NCBI GenBank assembly: GCA_038087875.1
Contig: CM075994.1
Location: 9,922,001 to 9,986,000 of the forward strand
Source: Malacoraja senta
Lineage: Eukaryota
DNA length: 64,000 bases
Direction of reading: 5' to 3'
Every line of letters starts with the position of its first letter. Within the stretch, counting starts at the first letter, position 1. Shown in pieces: positions 60,990-64,000 of this stretch. A program made the position numbers and the translations under genes. The notes under the pieces were generated by a model. It did not search any database. It worked only from the letters and a program-made list of their open reading frames with translations, and was not told the origin of the DNA.

Positions 60990-63900
60990 TTTTTTGTTGT
61001 TTTTTTTAAAAAAAATTATTTATTAGAAGTACATTACATTACGTGTATCTTATTACAATTTATGTACTCCGTCATTTTTTACACTGATAAAAAGGAAAGT
61101 TTGAGATTAAGGAAAAAAGAGAAAGTGAAGGAAAATAGTGAAGGTGTAAAAACGTGACAACAAGAAAGAACAGAGACCCTGTAGAAAAGAAATTAAAAAG
61201 AAAGGATTAAGAGATAGACCCTAAAGAAGAAAAAAAAGAGAAAGAGGAAAAAAGAGAAAAACAAATACTTTGTTATAAGCATCACGAAAATGGGATATAC
61301 CAACTCTCCAGCTTTCATCCGCCTTTACCTGACCTCAGTTTTTTTTTTAAAGTACTTTTGCACCCTATACTTGTAATAATTCTATAAATGCAGACCACGT
61401 CAGGTGGAAGTGATCTGGTTTACCTGCCAGGAGGAGTCTTATCTCTTCTAGGTGTAATGTTTCAAACATATTTGAAATCCACATGTTTATAGTTGGTATT
61501 GGAGCTTTTTTCCAGAATTTTAGGATTACCTTTTTCCAGTTATTAACCCGTAATCTATTAATTTCTTTTGAAACACATTTAGTTCAGGACTATCTTCCGT
61601 TGTTCCGAATATAATCCATTCTGCTTTTGGTATCAGTTTTATTTTAAATAATTTTGTAAAGATTTCAAAAATTTAAATCCAAAATTTTTGAATTTTTGTA
61701 CAAAAAACAAATGAGTGCGCTATAGTAGCTTCTTGAGATTGACATTTATCACAAATGGATGATACATTGGGGAAAATTCTATTAATTTTAGTTTTTGAAT
61801 TATATAAGCTATGTAAAATTTTAAATTGTATTATAAGTGTGTCTTACATTAATCGAACATTTATGCACGTTTAATAAATGTTCATTCCACCTTTCCTTTG
61901 AGATTTTAATAGCTAATTCTTGTTCCCAGTCTCTTCTAATACCTTCCGTAGATGGTATTTCTACATTTAAGATAATATTTTACAAATATGATATTAAGTT
62001 TGCTGATTCAGCTTTTATCTGCATTGCTTCATCCAATACATCTGCTGGGATATTATAATGATCTTTTGTATATTTTTTTAAATAGTCACATATTTGAAAA
62101 TATTTAAAATATTGATTATTTCCCAGTTTATATTTTATTTGTAATTGTTGGAATGATATTAATTTTACAGTTTCATACAAGTCACCGAACGTTTTAATTT
62201 AATCCCATTGTGTAAAAGATTTGTCTGTAATAGAGGGATTAAACGAAGGGTTATTAACTATTGGAGATAAAAGCGATTGATTTCTTAATTTTACATTTTG
62301 TTTTATTTGTTTCCAAGTTCTAATTGTACTATATATAATTGGGTTTTTGATATAATTTATGTTATTCAGTTTCATTGGTGAGAGGAAGATCGCTCCAATA
62401 TTACCAGAGGAGCAGTCCTCTCTTTCCATTACAATCCAGTCCACTTGCTGGGCAGAGTTGTCCATCAGTTGGATCATATTTTTTAATATTTACTGACCAA
62501 TAATAATACATGAAGTTAGGGAATGCTAAGCCCCCTAATACTTTAGCTTTGTTCAAGTGTGTTCTTTGTATTCTATGGAATCCCATATAAAATTAATAAT
62601 GTCTGAGTCCAATTTTTTTTTAAACTTCTTTGGTAGGTATATAGGAATCGATTGAAATAGGTATAAAATTTGTGGTAAGAAGATCATTTTTATTGCATTT
62701 ATTCGGCCTATTAAAGGCATCGGAAGCGTTTTCCAAAATTTAATTAATGTATTTAATATATTAAGTAGAGGGTCATAATTTGCTTTGAACATGCCTTGAT
62801 ATGTTCTGGTGATTTCAACACCCAAGTATTTACATTTTTCTGTAGCTATTTTAAAAGGGAATTTTAAAAGATGTGTTGAGTCTTTCGGTTTTATTGACAT
62901 AATTTCACTTTTATTCCAATTTATTCTGTATCCAGAAAAGGATCCAAAGTCCTCAATTAGATTTAGTATGTTTGGTATAGTAATTTGAGGTTTTGTAATG
63001 TACAATAATATGTCATCCGCGTATAAAGATATTTTATTATTTGAGTATTTAGTATTATACCCATGGATATCTGGATGTGTTCTAATTTTTTCTGCTAAAG
63101 GTTCAATTATGAGAGCAAATAACTGGTGATAATGAGCATCCTTGTCTGTTTCCCCTTGATAGTTGAAATTTCAAGGATAATATGTTATTAGTTAGTATTC
63201 TAGCTGTAGGTTTATTATATAATAATTTAATCCATAAAATAAAATTCTCTCCCAGTTGGAATTTTTGTAATACTTTATCCATTTAATTCCATTCTACTTG
63301 GTCAAATGCTTTTTCAGCGTCCAGCGAAATAATTGATAATTCTTGTTCTTCAATTTTGTGTGAGTGCATTATATTGAGTAGACGTCTCATATTATTAGAT
63401 GAATATCTCTTAGGGATAAACCCCATCTGATCTGGGTTTATTAATTTACTAATATATTTACTTAATCTTCTAGCTAATGTTTTCACTAATATTTTTTGAT
63501 CTGTATTTAACAATGCTATAGCTCTATATGAACCCGGTTCTTCTATATCTTTGTCTTTTTAAGTATTAGTGTGATCGTTGATTCAGCTAATGTATCAGGT
63601 AATATTTGTTTTTTAAAAGCATATTGATACATTTTTTGTAACCGTGGTATAATTTTGTCATAAAAGCTTTTATAAAATTCATTAGTAAATCCATCAGGAC
63701 CTGGAGTTTTTCCATTCTTTAATGAATTTATTGTGTCTTCTAATTCCTTGATTGAAATTTGTGCACCCAATTCATCTTGTTCCTTCAACTCTAACTTTGG
63801 AAGATTACAATTATCCAAGAACTCTGTAATTTTATTGGAGTCCGTTGTCGTTTTAGATGTGCACAAATTCTCATAAAATTGCACAAATCTTTTATTAATA

Positions 63901-64000
63901 TCCTTCGGTATGGTTAGTAATTCCCCTCTATCTGATTTAATCTTTTGGATCGTATGTTCTTTTTCTCGGTTTTTTAGCTGACGAGCCAAAAGTTTATGCG
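60990..64000 (-). mobile_element. L1 ORF2 RT region to 3' end (degraded; continues off the window end)
   Basis: GKTPGPDGF, LNTDQKIL, SLDAEKAFDQVEW, SGYRINWNKS, GRINAIKM; A-rich tail. Confidence 0.92.

Overview
Repeat-rich vertebrate genomic DNA, most likely from a cartilaginous fish such as a skate or ray. This is inferred from HE1/V-SINE-like SINEs with CR1 tails, abundant CR1 LINEs and Penelope remnants. Most of the window is mobile elements (CR1, L1, L2, Rex1/Babar, RTE, Penelope, tRNA-SINEs, a hAT MITE, THAP-transposon and Helitron-like ends) and simple repeats. Two host genes are visible. One is an apparently intact 6-exon RING-Bbox-coiled-coil-PRY/SPRY TRIM gene (+, 44129-48854, 470 aa). 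The other is the first exons of a SAPCD1/SAPCD2-like gene (-, 17244-16806 and 7833-7697). There is also a frameshifted BCL7-like N-terminal fragment at about 32047. The most striking object is a Gypsy-type LTR-element relic (-, about 57815-52600). Its gag N-terminus is fused in frame, through a short tandem repeat, to ASPM-like IQ repeats and an intron-less TLK-like coiled-coil segment, followed by a polypurine tract and LTR start. A later L1 insertion with a 44-bp target duplication split it. All family assignments come from recognising motifs by eye; no database searches were run, and element boundaries are approximate unless a TSD or splice site is quoted.
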